Assembly (NCBI GenBank): GCA_018058425.1
Contig: JAGOZX010000003.1
Span: 7,303-71,302 of the forward strand
Origin: Sebaldella sp.
Lineage (GTDB): Bacteria; Fusobacteriota; Fusobacteriia; Fusobacteriales; Leptotrichiaceae
Direction of reading: 5' to 3'
Length of the DNA: 64,000 bases
Shown: in pieces, positions 10,778 through 21,089 of the stretch
Numbering within the stretch: the first letter of the stretch is position 1
How the letters are laid out: each line of letters starts with the position of its first letter
Notes under the pieces: generated by a model
The model's database searches: none
What the model was told of the DNA's origin: nothing
The model's input: only the letters and a program-made list of their open reading frames with translations
Position numbers and translations under genes: made by a program

Positions 10778-10796
10778 ATGTTACAGTCATGTTACA
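10778..10796 (-). promoter_or_regulatory. OmpR/WalR-type direct-repeat box
   Basis: Minus strand TGTAACAT-GAC-TGTAACAT, 11-bp period. Confidence 0.5.
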
Positions 10797-11300
10797 AAGA
10801 TTTTTATATTATTTACGACTAAAATATTCAAAAATGATAGATTTTTTATGGCATATTGAGTATATTTTTTTATTAATTAGAATAAAAAAATATAGATTGA
10901 TTATTTAGTTTTAAATTTTATTAGATTATAAGAAAAATTTTTAACTTAGGAGGATTTATTTATTTAATTAGTTTATTTTTTTTAGACTTTTTATTTTTCA
11001 GAAATTCTAAAAATAAATGAAAAAATAATGATAGAAAATTTTTACATAAGTAGCAATTTTACTGTGAAAAATGAAATTATTATTTAAAAAATATATTGGA
11101 AAATTTATGTACTTGAAGAGAGTCTTTTCTTATAATACAATCTTTTGAAATTTAAATTAAGTACATAAAAAAAATGAATAGTTTAATATACAAATTTTTA
11201 TCAAGAATGCTTGCAATTAAAGTATAAAGAATGATAAAATATCCTAAATATATTTTACTTAATAAAAATTAGAATTTTAAATACAGAGGATGGTGTAACA

Positions 11301-12893
11301 ATGAAAAAGTTATTTTTAGTATTTATAGTACTGTCTGTTTTTGTAATTTCATGTGGCAAGTCGGAAGAGAAAGGAATTGGCAAGAAAATAGCTGTTAACT
11401 TACAGTCAGAGCCAAAGAGTTTAGATCCACAATTAGCGTCTGATGCTTCTGGAATTACAATTGATACTTTATTATATGAGGGATTAACAAGATTAGACAA
11501 AGAAGGAAAAGTAGTACCTGCAGCAGCAGAAAAATGGGATGTTAGTGAAGATGGGCTAAAGTGGACATTTCACTTAAGAGCAGGAATGAAGTGGGCTAAT
11601 GGGGATGCAGTAACAGCAAAAGATTTTGCTTTTGCGTGGTTGAGAGCATTAGATCCTAAAACAGCTTCAGAATATGCATATGAATTATACTATATAAAAG
11701 GTGCACAGGCATATAATGAAGGTAAAGGTAAAAAGGAAGAAGTAGCGATAAAAGTAGTAGACGATAGTACGCTAGAAATAATATTGGATAGACCTACACC
11801 ATACTTAGTATCATTACTATCATTTCCAACTTACTATCCAATAAATGAAAAGTTTTATAATGAAGCAGGAAAAGACTTCTCACTAAAAGCAGATAAAATA
11901 ATGGGGAATGGTCCTTATAAAATGGAAAAATGGACACCTGAAACTAATATAATTCTTGTAAAGAATGATAATTACTGGAATAAAAATGCAATTCACTTAG
12001 ATGAATTAGAGATAAAAATGATTTCTGATAGTTCGGCAGCATTAAATGCTTTTAAAAATGGGGAATTAGATACTACAGAATTATCTGGAGAGCAATTAAT
12101 AGAATTTCAGAATGATAAAAGATTATTTTCATATAATAAAGGATCGATAAAATTCTTGAAATTTAATGTAAAAAATAAACTTTTATCAAATCAAAAAGTC
12201 AGAGAAGCAATATCAATGGCTATAGATAGAGATGAACTTACAAACAGTGTTTCTAAAGGGAATTTTAAACCAGCATATGGCTTTGTTCCAGAAGGATATG
12301 GGGGAGCAAATGGAGGAGATTTTAGAAAAGAAAATGGAGATGTGTTTGAAAAGTATAATGCAGAAAAAGCAAAACAATTATTTCAAGAAGGTTTGAAAGA
12401 GTTAGGAATTACAGGGAAAACTACATTAGGTCTTATGATATATGATGGGCCTGATAATCAAAAGATAGCAGAATACTTACAAGAAAAATTAAGAGTTGTA
12501 TTAGGAATAGACGTAAAAATAGAAACTAATACATTTAAAATATTTGCTCAAAATGAAACACAAGGAAATTATGATATGGATCTTTCACACTGGGGACCTG
12601 ACTATTTAGATCCGATGACATATATGGATATGTGGGTAACAAATGGAGGGAATAACAAGACAAATTGGTCAAGTGCAGAGTATGACAAGTTAATGGATAC
12701 TGCTAAAGGAAGTGCTGACAATAATATAAGAATGAAGAGTATGATGGATGCAGAAAAAATATTAGGAAAAGAACTGCCAATAGCGATGTTAACTTATAAT
12801 ATAAAAAATGTTGCTGTAAGTGAAAGAGTAAAAGATATGAATTTTACTAAGATTGCTTCTGGATATGATTTTTATTATGTTGATGTGAAGTAA
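11301..12893 (+). CDS. oppA: Oligopeptide-binding lipoprotein, paralogue 4
   Basis: Lipobox VISC; EPKSLDP, LYEGLTR, NGPY, HWGPDY. Confidence 0.93.
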   Translation: MKKLFLVFIVLSVFVISCGKSEEKGIGKKIAVNLQSEPKSLDPQLASDASGITIDTLLYEGLTRLDKEGKVVPAAAEKWDVSEDGLKWTFHLRAGMKWANGDAVTAKDFAFAWLRALDPKTASEYAYELYYIKGAQAYNEGKGKKEEVAIKVVDDSTLEIILDRPTPYLVSLLSFPTYYPINEKFYNEAGKDFSLKADKIMGNGPYKMEKWTPETNIILVKNDNYWNKNAIHLDELEIKMISDSSAALNAFKNGELDTTELSGEQLIEFQNDKRLFSYNKGSIKFLKFNVKNKLLSNQKVREAISMAIDRDELTNSVSKGNFKPAYGFVPEGYGGANGGDFRKENGDVFEKYNAEKAKQLFQEGLKELGITGKTTLGLMIYDGPDNQKIAEYLQEKLRVVLGIDVKIETNTFKIFAQNETQGNYDMDLSHWGPDYLDPMTYMDMWVTNGGNNKTNWSSAEYDKLMDTAKGSADNNIRMKSMMDAEKILGKELPIAMLTYNIKNVAVSERVKDMNFTKIASGYDFYYVDVK

Positions 12894-12915
12894 ATAAAAA
12901 ATAGATATTAAGAGT

Positions 12916-12960
12916 AAAAGAGATCATGATCCAGTTTTAAGGGTGTGGTCTTTTTTCTTT
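12916..12960 (+). terminator. Probable intrinsic terminator
   Basis: Imperfect stem AAGAGATCATG...TGTGGTCTTTT plus T tract. Confidence 0.5.
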
Positions 12961-13001
12961 TGTAAGGGTTAATTGGGATTGAGCGATTAAGGAAGAAAAA
13001 T

Positions 13002-13035
13002 AGATTGTCGCGTCACTTTGTTCCTTACAATGACA
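13002..13035 (+). repeat. REP-like element, copy 2 (diverged)
   Basis: AG ATTGT CGCGTCACTTTGTTCCTT ACAAT GACA. Confidence 0.75.
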
Positions 13036-13180
13036 AAAAATTGAAAGGTTTGTTATTATTTTTAATAGTTTCATTTTTACTCTTTTATGTGTAAGATTAT
13101 AGTGTTATAATAAGAAATATAATTTTATACTAAAATTTTAATAATAAAAAACAAAAATATCCCAATAAGAGGTGAAAGGA

Positions 13181-14215
13181 ATGATAGGAATTTCAGTATT
13201 TCCAGGTTTGGATTATACAATGAAAGAGAATATAAAATATATAGAAAAAGCTCATGTTAGAGGAATAGAATACGTTTTTACATCTGTTCATATACCTAAC
13301 TTAGAGAGGGAAAGAGTAAAGAAAGAATTTCAAATAATATTAGAAGAAACGAAAAAAAGAAACATGAAATTAATAGTAGATATTTCAAAAGATTTTTATT
13401 CTGAATTTGATTGGGATAAATACTCAATATATGCTTTAAGGCTGGATTTTGGATTTAATGACGAGGAAATAGTAGAATTAAGTAAGAAATATAGAATACA
13501 ACTAAATGCTTCCACTATTTCAAAAGAATGGATAGAAAGATTGGTTAATCTGGGTTTGAATAAAGAAAAAATAACTGTCTGTCATAATTACTATCCTAGA
13601 AATAATACAGGTATCTCATTGGAATTACTAAGAAAGAGAAATAAGTTTTTTAAAGAAACAGGTTTTGAAATAATGGCCTTTGTACCAAGTCAAAGTTATA
13701 AAAGAGGACCTATATATGAAGGACTGCCTACCTTAGAAGTTCACAGACATCTTCACCCAATTGTGGGAGCACAGGAGCTTTTTTATGAAGGAGTGGATAT
13801 AGTTTTGCTAGGAGACAGTATGTCAAGTGAGAGGGAGCTAGAGAGCTTAGGGGCGATAGTGAAAGATGAATGGTTTATTCCAATAATAGTTTCTGATGAA
13901 GTAAAGGAAAAATATATGAATTACTTATCTGCAACTCATAAACAGAGGCTAGATTTTGCTGAAGATGCCATACGATCAGAAATGTTAACTATGGAAGATA
14001 AAAAAGAAGTAAATATATTTAATACTATAAATAGAAGTAAAGGTTCGATAACACTTGATAATAAACATTATGGAAGATACTCGGGAAGCTTACAAATAAC
14101 AAAGAAGGATTTACCAGCAGATTACAGGGTGAATGTGTTAGGGAATACCTGTGATGATGGTAGGCTAGTTGATCTTATAAAAGAAGGAGAAAAGTTTAAA
14201 TTTTATATACTATAA
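13181..14215 (+). CDS. mupG: MupG (DUF871) family 6-phospho-N-acetylmuramidase
   Basis: FTSVHIP, LRLDFG, LNAST, CHNYYPR..TG, GPIYEGLPTLEVHR; adjacent to murQ and murP; alternative GTG start at 13172. Confidence 0.85.
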   Translation: MIGISVFPGLDYTMKENIKYIEKAHVRGIEYVFTSVHIPNLERERVKKEFQIILEETKKRNMKLIVDISKDFYSEFDWDKYSIYALRLDFGFNDEEIVELSKKYRIQLNASTISKEWIERLVNLGLNKEKITVCHNYYPRNNTGISLELLRKRNKFFKETGFEIMAFVPSQSYKRGPIYEGLPTLEVHRHLHPIVGAQELFYEGVDIVLLGDSMSSERELESLGAIVKDEWFIPIIVSDEVKEKYMNYLSATHKQRLDFAEDAIRSEMLTMEDKKEVNIFNTINRSKGSITLDNKHYGRYSGSLQITKKDLPADYRVNVLGNTCDDGRLVDLIKEGEKFKFYIL

Positions 14216-14264
14216 AATGAAATATTGAAGATTAAGAATAAAAAAATAAGAGAGGTGGAGAAAT

Positions 14265-15149
14265 ATGTTAGACAAGTTAACAACTGAAAGAAGAAATCCA
14301 GATACAACAAATTTAGATCAATTAACACCGCATGAGTTTTTAAAAATTATGAATCATGAGGATAGAAAAGTAGCAGTTGTAGTAGGTGAAGCTTTACCAG
14401 AGATAGAAAAAGCTGTACTGACAATTACAGAAAGCTTGAAAAAAGGCGGAAGACTTATATATTTTGGTGCTGGAACTAGTGGAAGACTTGGAGTTTTAGA
14501 TGCTGTTGAATGTTCTCCAACATTTGGAACTACTGATGAAGTACAAGGTTTAATAGCAGGCGGGGAAAAAGCTTTTGTAAAGGCTGTAGAAGGAGCAGAA
14601 GATTCAGAAGAGTTAGCTGTACAGGATTTTAAGAAACTAAATTTAACTAAAAAAGACACTGTTGTAGGAATAGCTGCAAGTGGAAGAACTCCTTATGTTA
14701 TAGGAGGCCTGAAATATGCAGATGAAATAGGTGCCAAAACTATTTCTATAAGTTGTAATAAAAATGCAGAGATATCAAAGTATGCAAAAATATCAATAGA
14801 AGTAGATTGTGGACCTGAAGTTCTTACAGGATCGACTAGATTAAAAGCAGGAACAGCTCAAAAGTTAATACTAAATATGATTTCTACAGCTTCAATGGTG
14901 GGTGTAGGTAAAGTTTATGGCAACTTAATGGTAGATGTCAGAGCTACAAATGAAAAGTTAGTAGAAAGATCAAAGAGGATTGTTATGGAGGCTACAGGAG
15001 TTTCTTATGAAGAAGCTGAAAAGAAATTAGAAGAAGCAGATGGAAAAGTGAAAGTGGCAATAGTTATGATACTTACAGACTGTTCATATGAAGAAGCTAG
15101 AGCTAGATTAGATATAGCAGAAGGATTTGTAAGAAAAGCAATAAAATAG
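14265..15149 (+). CDS. murQ: N-acetylmuramic acid 6-phosphate etherase
   Basis: [42 protein letters not shown]. Confidence 0.97.
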   Translation: MLDKLTTERRNPDTTNLDQLTPHEFLKIMNHEDRKVAVVVGEALPEIEKAVLTITESLKKGGRLIYFGAGTSGRLGVLDAVECSPTFGTTDEVQGLIAGGEKAFVKAVEGAEDSEELAVQDFKKLNLTKKDTVVGIAASGRTPYVIGGLKYADEIGAKTISISCNKNAEISKYAKISIEVDCGPEVLTGSTRLKAGTAQKLILNMISTASMVGVGKVYGNLMVDVRATNEKLVERSKRIVMEATGVSYEEAEKKLEEADGKVKVAIVMILTDCSYEEARARLDIAEGFVRKAIK

Positions 15150-15182
15150 TTTGGTAGAAATAAAATATAAGGAGGCGTTAGG

Positions 15183-16586
15183 ATGAATTATAAGGATTCA
15201 GCAGAAAAGATTTTATTAAATTTAGGCGGAAAAAATAACGTACAAAGCTTTACTAATTGCATGACTAGGCTACGTGTAGAATTAAAAGACAGTAGTCTGG
15301 TAAATGTAAAAGAAATAAAGGATATAAAGGGAGTCTTAGGAGTAGTTGAAGGTGAACAGGCGCAAATAATAGTTGGACCTGGACATGCACAAAGACTTCG
15401 TGAAGCTTTTGGGCAAATTTCTGGAATTTCTGATAATTCAGAATTTAATGGTGAAAATATAAATTTCGAAAGTATAGCAGATGAAACAAAAGAAAAGGTT
15501 AAGTCCAAACAAAAGAGTCCGTTACAAAGAGGGTTAAAACATGTTGGGAATATTTTTATTCCTTTAATACCTGGATTTGTAGGAACAGGATTAATTTTAG
15601 CAATAGCAAATGTTTGGAAAATAATTGATCCGTCAATAGTAGGGAACTCTTGGTATTCACTATTTGCAGCAGCAGGAATGCTACTTTTAGCTTCATTAAA
15701 TGTATTAGTGGGGCATAATGCAAGTAAAGAATTTGGTGGGACTCCAGTATTAGGAGCTATAGCAGGAGGATTAATAATGGCACCAGCTCTAGCTGGTCTT
15801 CCTGAACAGCCATTAACTCTTTTTAATGGTTTTATAAAGTTATCTCCTAATTTAGGAGGAGTTATAGGAGTTATATTTGCAGCATTTATGTTTTCATATA
15901 TTGAGAAAAAACTTAGAAAAATTATTCCGGCATCGTTAGATTTATTTTTTATTCCATTTTTAACTATACTTATTGGTGGGATAATAACAATAATTATAAT
16001 TATGCCTATAGCAGCATTAATTATGAAGTTTATAACTTGGCTTTTAGTGGATATAATGCTAAATTCTTGGGGTGCAATAGGAGGATATATATTAGCAGCT
16101 TCTTTTCTTCCTTTAGTGATGCTTGGAATTCATCAGGGATTAACTCCAATACATATACAGCTTATTCAGACACAAGGATATACTGTATTATTACCAATAC
16201 TTGCTATGGCAGGTGGTGGACAGGTAGGAGCAGCACTTGCTATTTTAGTAAAAACTAAAAATAAAAAATTAAAAGAAACAATAAAATCAGCTTTACCAAT
16301 AGGCTTTTTAGGAATTGGAGAACCATTGATTTATGGCGTTTCATTACCTTTGTTTTATCCATTTATTACAGCATGTTTAGGTGCTGGATTTGGAGGAATG
16401 GTATTGGCAGCTGTAAATAATGTGGGAGCGTTAGCATTTGGACCATCTGGTATACTTTTAGTAACTTTAATAGCTAATGGTAAATGGATGTGGTACTTAA
16501 TAGCACTTCTTACATCATATTTAGGTGGATTTATACTAACATATTTATTTGGATATAATGAAAAAATGTTGGAAAGATTGGATTAG
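15183..16586 (+). CDS. murP: PTS EIIBC, MurNAc-type (sucrose family)
   Basis: EIIB NCMTRLR; EIIC LVMLGIHQ, LGIGEPLIYGV; operon context. Confidence 0.85.
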   Translation: MNYKDSAEKILLNLGGKNNVQSFTNCMTRLRVELKDSSLVNVKEIKDIKGVLGVVEGEQAQIIVGPGHAQRLREAFGQISGISDNSEFNGENINFESIADETKEKVKSKQKSPLQRGLKHVGNIFIPLIPGFVGTGLILAIANVWKIIDPSIVGNSWYSLFAAAGMLLLASLNVLVGHNASKEFGGTPVLGAIAGGLIMAPALAGLPEQPLTLFNGFIKLSPNLGGVIGVIFAAFMFSYIEKKLRKIIPASLDLFFIPFLTILIGGIITIIIIMPIAALIMKFITWLLVDIMLNSWGAIGGYILAASFLPLVMLGIHQGLTPIHIQLIQTQGYTVLLPILAMAGGGQVGAALAILVKTKNKKLKETIKSALPIGFLGIGEPLIYGVSLPLFYPFITACLGAGFGGMVLAAVNNVGALAFGPSGILLVTLIANGKWMWYLIALLTSYLGGFILTYLFGYNEKMLERLD

Positions 16587-16656
16587 AATTATCTTTAAAT
16601 TATCAAATTCAATATTAAGAGTAAAAAAAGGAGTAGCTAAGGAAAAAGGTCTATAA

Positions 16657-16695
16657 TTACTCTATTAAGAAAAAGTAATAAAATTTTTTCTTCAT
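16657..16695 (-). pseudogene. RBS+ATG stub MKKKFYYFFLIE*
   Basis: GAAGGAG RBS on minus strand; a frameshift in the A run would give MKKKILLLFL, signal-peptide-like. Confidence 0.3.
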
Positions 16696-16705
16696 AAACT
16701 CCTTC

Positions 16706-16732
16706 AAGGGGCTCAGAGATGGGTCTCTTTTT
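16706..16732 (+). terminator. Intrinsic terminator after murP
   Basis: AAGGGGCTC-AGAGAT-GGGTCTCTTTTT. Confidence 0.6.
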
Positions 16733-16810
16733 AATTTGATAAACTTCTTCTGACTTGTTATAATAAAGAATATCAAAAATAAGAACAAGAATAATGAAAC
16801 AGGAGTGAAG

Positions 16811-17545
16811 ATGAAGAATATAAAAATCACATATGAGTATGATGGTTCAAAGTTTCATGGATTTCAAAAACAGTTAAATAGTAAAACAGTGCAAGGAAGT
16901 ATCGAGAAAACCATTAAGGATTACTTTGATGAAGATGTAAATCTCTTATCTTCTGGAAGGACAGACAAGGGCGTCCATGCTCTAGGGCAGGTATCTAATT
17001 TTCGCATGGAAAAAGATATTAAGATAGATATAATAAAAAGAACTATAAATAAAAAGTTATCTAAAGAGATAAAAATATTAGATATAGAAGAAGTGGGAGA
17101 AGATTTTCATTCGAGGTTTTCTGCGAAAAATAGAACATACCTTTATATTATGAAGTTAAAAAATGATATATCACCTTTTGAAAGTGAGTATGTATCTCCT
17201 TTGGAAAATAGTGTTGATGCAGAGGAACTTCTAAAAATTCTAACTCCTTTAATAGGAAGACATAATTTTGATAGTTTTAGAAAAAAAGATAAGGATAATA
17301 AGGATCCTGAAAGAGAAATAATAAAAATAGAGTGTTATAATAAAGAAGATAAATTGCATATTTTAATACAGGGAAAAGCATTTTTAAAAACAATGGTAAG
17401 AATTATTATAGGAAGTGCATTAGCAGTTTATTTTGAAAAAAGAGAAAAAGATTATATGATCAAGAAATTAGAAAATCCAAATGGAGATGATGAAAAAATA
17501 CTTGCCCCTTCTGAAGGACTTTACTTATATGAAGTAGAGTATTAG
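16811..17545 (+). CDS. truA: tRNA pseudouridine(38-40) synthase
   Basis: YDGSKFHGFQKQ, SGRTDKGVHA, FLKTMVRII, APSEGLYL. Confidence 0.95.
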   Translation: MKNIKITYEYDGSKFHGFQKQLNSKTVQGSIEKTIKDYFDEDVNLLSSGRTDKGVHALGQVSNFRMEKDIKIDIIKRTINKKLSKEIKILDIEEVGEDFHSRFSAKNRTYLYIMKLKNDISPFESEYVSPLENSVDAEELLKILTPLIGRHNFDSFRKKDKDNKDPEREIIKIECYNKEDKLHILIQGKAFLKTMVRIIIGSALAVYFEKREKDYMIKKLENPNGDDEKILAPSEGLYLYEVEY

Positions 17546-17606
17546 TTTTAAGCTAAAATGATTTTAATGATGATAAAATTTTAAGGTTTTACATAAGGAG
17601 AATATC

Positions 17607-18050
17607 ATGGAGATAATAAAAATAGAAGCACATAATACAGATTATATTACTGATATAGTAAATTATGAAACAGAGATATTTGGTGATGGGAGTATTGGAA
17701 GATGGACAATAATGCCCTTTGTTAGATATGGAAAAATTTATGCAATGATAGATAATAATGAGGTCATTTCAGCAGTGGAATTAATGAAGGCATTTGATAA
17801 TGAAGAAGTGTACATATATGGCTTTTTCACAAAAGAAAAGTATTCGGGAAATGGTTATGGCTCAGAACTTTTAAAATTTACAATAAATGAAATGAGAAAA
17901 AATAAAGTGGAAGTTTTATCATTAACTGTAGATCCTAAAAATGAAGCTGCAAAAAACCTTTATTTTAAACATGATTTCAAAGAAGTAGAGTTATTAGAAG
18001 AAGAATATGGTAAAGGTGAAGACAGGCTATATTTAAAGCTAGTTTTATAG
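17607..18050 (+). CDS. GNAT family N-acetyltransferase
   Basis: Motif A YSGNGYGSELL; LTVDPKNEAAKNLY. Confidence 0.85.
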   Translation: MEIIKIEAHNTDYITDIVNYETEIFGDGSIGRWTIMPFVRYGKIYAMIDNNEVISAVELMKAFDNEEVYIYGFFTKEKYSGNGYGSELLKFTINEMRKNKVEVLSLTVDPKNEAAKNLYFKHDFKEVELLEEEYGKGEDRLYLKLVL

Positions 18051-18069
18051 ATAAAAGTATCGAAACTTT

Positions 18070-18112
18070 AAAAAGAGACTATTCTCAAAAATATTTGAGG
18101 AAGTCTCTTTTT
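18070..18112. terminator. Bidirectional intrinsic terminator
   Basis: AAAAAGAGACT..CTCAAA / TTTGAG..AGTCTCTTTTT. Confidence 0.75.
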
Positions 18113-18167
18113 GAATAAAAAAATATTATTACTATTATTATGTTCTAGCACAGTTATTGTAGCATAA
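18111..18167 (+). pseudogene. Signal-peptide-only sORF MNKKILLLLLCSSTVIVA*
   Basis: TTG start with GAGGA upstream; basic n-region, hydrophobic core, stop directly after V-I-V-A. Confidence 0.35.
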
Positions 18168-18274
18168 AATGAAATCTGAAAATATATAAAAAAAAATAAT
18201 AAAAATTATCATTTTTTTTTTTTTATAATATTTTGGAGATTAAAGGTTTCGTCTAATAATTTCTATTGAATAGC

Positions 18275-19753
18275 TTATCTAAAGATTTTTTTTTGATATT
18301 TTGGAATATTATTTATTATATCTCCTGCTGTAATCACTTCAAGATTTTTTTCTAATTTATCACCAATATATCCATGTAAAAAGCACCCAATATTAGCAGA
18401 GTCTAGTAAAGAATATCCTTGTGAAACTAAAGATGTAATAATTCCTGTTAAGCTATCTCCCATTCCCCCATTAGACATATGAGAATTTCCTGTTGTGTTC
18501 ACAAAGAGTTCACTTCCATCTGTAATAATAGTATTATGCCCTTTTAATACTAAAATAACAGAATTTTTCTTAGCAAACTCTATCGCTAGTTTAATGCGAT
18601 TATGGTTGATCTGATTAATAGAATATCCAGACAATCTTGCAAATTCACCAGAATGAGGTGTAAATATAGCTCTATTTTCTAAGCTTTTTAGGAGACTTGG
18701 CTTATTTGATGAGGCATTTATACCATCAGCATCTAGAATAACGGGAGTTTTAGTGTTATTAATTACTAATTCAAGTAATTCTAAAGTAGAGCTATTATTT
18801 CCAAGTCCAGGACCGAAGGCAATAGAATCTGCCTTATTTAAGAGGTCTAAAAAATGATCTTTATCATCAAAATTAGCGGTCATGGCTTCTAGAGTTTGTT
18901 CAGATACTATACTTTGTACTTCTTTATGAGTAATCAGGGTAACCAAGCCAGAACCAGTTTTTACAGCAGAATTAGCTGAAATAATAGAAGCTCCTGTGAA
19001 ACCAATAGAACCTGCTAATATTAATGAATGTCCAAAGTTTCCTTTATGTGCAGATTTTGAACGTGGTTTATAAAGTTTTCTTATATATTTTTTATCTAGT
19101 AAAAATTTCTTAGAAAATTTATTTTTGATAGCTTTAGGAATTCCAATATTTACAATAGTGACTTTCCCTAAAAAATCCAAAATATCATAGTTTAAAAAGC
19201 CTTGTTTATAGGTTACAAAAGAAATTGTCTGATTTGCTTTGACACAAATGCCCATAATTTCTCCAGTAGTGCTATTTATACCAGATGGAATATCTACTGA
19301 GACAGTATATTTATTTGCTTTATTAATAAGAGAAATTATTTTTTCATAAGGTTCATTTAATTTTTTATCTAAGCCTGTACCAAAAATAGAATCTATAATA
19401 ACAGAGCAAGACTGTAGTAATGACATCAAATTTTCAAAATTAGTTTCTATATGTATGCCAAGGTTTTTACAAATTGTATAATTTATTTCACAGTCAATGC
19501 TCATATTATTTGTTTCACATGAAAAAATTGAAACATTTTTATTTAAAGATAGAAGTTGCCTTGCTATTGCATAGCCGTCACCGCCATTATTACCCTTACC
19601 ACAGATTATGAGAAAATTATCGAGACTTTTATTTAGTGTTTTTACAAAGTTAATAGCAGCATTTTCCATAAGAACAATACTTGGTATATTTAAGTTAGTT
19701 ACTGCATAGTTGTCAATATTTTTGGTAGTGTCGGCATCACCGATTAAAAGCAT
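18275..19753 (-). CDS. nnr: Bifunctional NAD(P)H-hydrate epimerase/dehydratase
   Basis: LMENAA, CGKGNNGGDG, VDIPSG, HKGNFG, LDADG, TPHSGE, GGMGDSLTG. Confidence 0.95.
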   Translation of the reverse strand: MLLIGDADTTKNIDNYAVTNLNIPSIVLMENAAINFVKTLNKSLDNFLIICGKGNNGGDGYAIARQLLSLNKNVSIFSCETNNMSIDCEINYTICKNLGIHIETNFENLMSLLQSCSVIIDSIFGTGLDKKLNEPYEKIISLINKANKYTVSVDIPSGINSTTGEIMGICVKANQTISFVTYKQGFLNYDILDFLGKVTIVNIGIPKAIKNKFSKKFLLDKKYIRKLYKPRSKSAHKGNFGHSLILAGSIGFTGASIISANSAVKTGSGLVTLITHKEVQSIVSEQTLEAMTANFDDKDHFLDLLNKADSIAFGPGLGNNSSTLELLELVINNTKTPVILDADGINASSNKPSLLKSLENRAIFTPHSGEFARLSGYSINQINHNRIKLAIEFAKKNSVILVLKGHNTIITDGSELFVNTTGNSHMSNGGMGDSLTGIITSLVSQGYSLLDSANIGCFLHGYIGDKLEKNLEVITAGDIINNIPKYQKKIFR

Positions 19754-20017
19754 GAAATCACCCTTTCAATTTTAAATTATTTATTTAATTATACCATCTT
19801 TTTATATAAAGTTTTGGAATATTAAAAAAAATATAGTATGAATTTATAAGAAATATTCGTAATTAAACATAAGAAGTAAAAAAGTTCAGAGGATCCTGTC
19901 TTTATAAGTATAATTTTTTGTTTATTTATATAAAAACTATCATAAACTAGTAATTGGCTTGAAAAAATTAAGTATAAAGTGTATATTATTAAGTAATAAA
20001 AAGAGAAGGGAGCTTGA

Positions 20018-20839
20018 GTGATGAAAATTTTTAAGGGAATGCTATTCATAATTTTATATTTAGTAATATATTATTTTTTTCAAATTTTATTTATGATTTT
20101 TGGAGTAGCTTTTGTAAAAGTATTGGAAACAGTCTCAACACAAGGACTTAATAGTACAAAAGCAATGGGAAATGCTTTAATAACATCAATTATTATCTCT
20201 GGAACTATTTCCTTTTTCATATATTGGGGAATATCGTATTTAAGAAAACAAAAGTTTTTTAAAATTTGTAATTTTAAAAAAGTGAAGTTTCATTACTTAA
20301 TTATTGCTTTAATTTTAGGATTTACATTAAATAGTATAAATGAATATCTTGTAATTCAATTATTGAAATTTGATATATTTAAAGATGCTCTCACAAAGTT
20401 TATGTTTATGTCAGAGATGATAACTAGTACAAATACCATTATTGCAATATTAGGAGTGGGAATAGTAGGACCTATAATAGAAGAAGTGATTTTTAGAGGA
20501 CTCATATTTAAAGAGTTAGAAAAAATGATGCCGATTTCCTTAGTTATTGTGGTTCAAGGAATACTATTTGGTATTTATCATTTAAATTTGGTACAGCTTA
20601 TATACACTACATTAATTGGAATATTACTTGGAGTAGCCTATATTTTGACAAAAAGCCTTTGGGTTCCCATATTTATTCATATAGTAAATAATATTAGTGC
20701 ATTATTTATATCAGAAGATCAAAGAATTATAAATTTACCTTTCTTTATTATAAGTATTATAATTACAGGTGTATGCTATATGTATTTTTATAAAAAAAGA
20801 GAAAAAGATGATAAAAAAGTTAATGAAAATAGTGTATAA
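20018..20839 (+). CDS. CPBP (CAAX/Abi) family intramembrane metalloprotease
   Basis: Multiple TM helices; PIIEEVIFRG, FGIYH, HIVNN. Confidence 0.9.
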   Translation: MMKIFKGMLFIILYLVIYYFFQILFMIFGVAFVKVLETVSTQGLNSTKAMGNALITSIIISGTISFFIYWGISYLRKQKFFKICNFKKVKFHYLIIALILGFTLNSINEYLVIQLLKFDIFKDALTKFMFMSEMITSTNTIIAILGVGIVGPIIEEVIFRGLIFKELEKMMPISLVIVVQGILFGIYHLNLVQLIYTTLIGILLGVAYILTKSLWVPIFIHIVNNISALFISEDQRIINLPFFIISIIITGVCYMYFYKKREKDDKKVNENSV

Positions 20840-20886
20840 TTGAAATATGATAAAATCTGTTCATAGTTTTTATATATGTAAAAGTA

Positions 20887-20895
20887 TGATATAAT
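20887..20895 (+). promoter_or_regulatory. Extended -10 promoter
   Basis: TG-A-TATAAT upstream of the sORF and tyrS. Confidence 0.5.
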
Positions 20896-20923
20896 GTTAA
20901 AAAGATTATGTAAAGGAGAATTC

Positions 20924-21001
20924 ATGGCTAAAATTGTTTTTTTGGATTTAGTAATATCCTTATTCATTCCTTTATTTTCAGATAGTTGGGATGACTTTTA
21001 G
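20924..21001 (+). CDS. 25-aa sORF MAKIVFLDLVISLFIPLFSDSWDDF (peptide or gene remnant)
   Basis: AAGGAG RBS, ATG, hydrophobic core, acidic tail; below the ORF-track size cutoff. Confidence 0.45.
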   Translation: MAKIVFLDLVISLFIPLFSDSWDDF

Positions 21002-21089
21002 AATATTGGTAAATTTTAAAAATTAAGTTCAGAGTGAAAATAAATTTGTAGAATTAATAAAATATATATATAAGAAGGAGTAAGTATAC

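Noticed and set aside
10993..11007. CodY-like box ATTTTTCAGAAATTC
   Set aside because: Three mismatches in very AT-rich DNA and no evidence of CodY in the window.
11104..11169. 11-bp inverted repeat (TTTATGTACTT/AAGTACATAAA) enclosing a TATAAT, as an invertible promoter
   Set aside because: Short and AT-rich, no properly spaced -35, no recombinase nearby; chance cannot be excluded.
20840..21089. T-box riboswitch upstream of tyrS
   Set aside because: No GGTGG-ACC T-box motif or terminator/antiterminator is visible.
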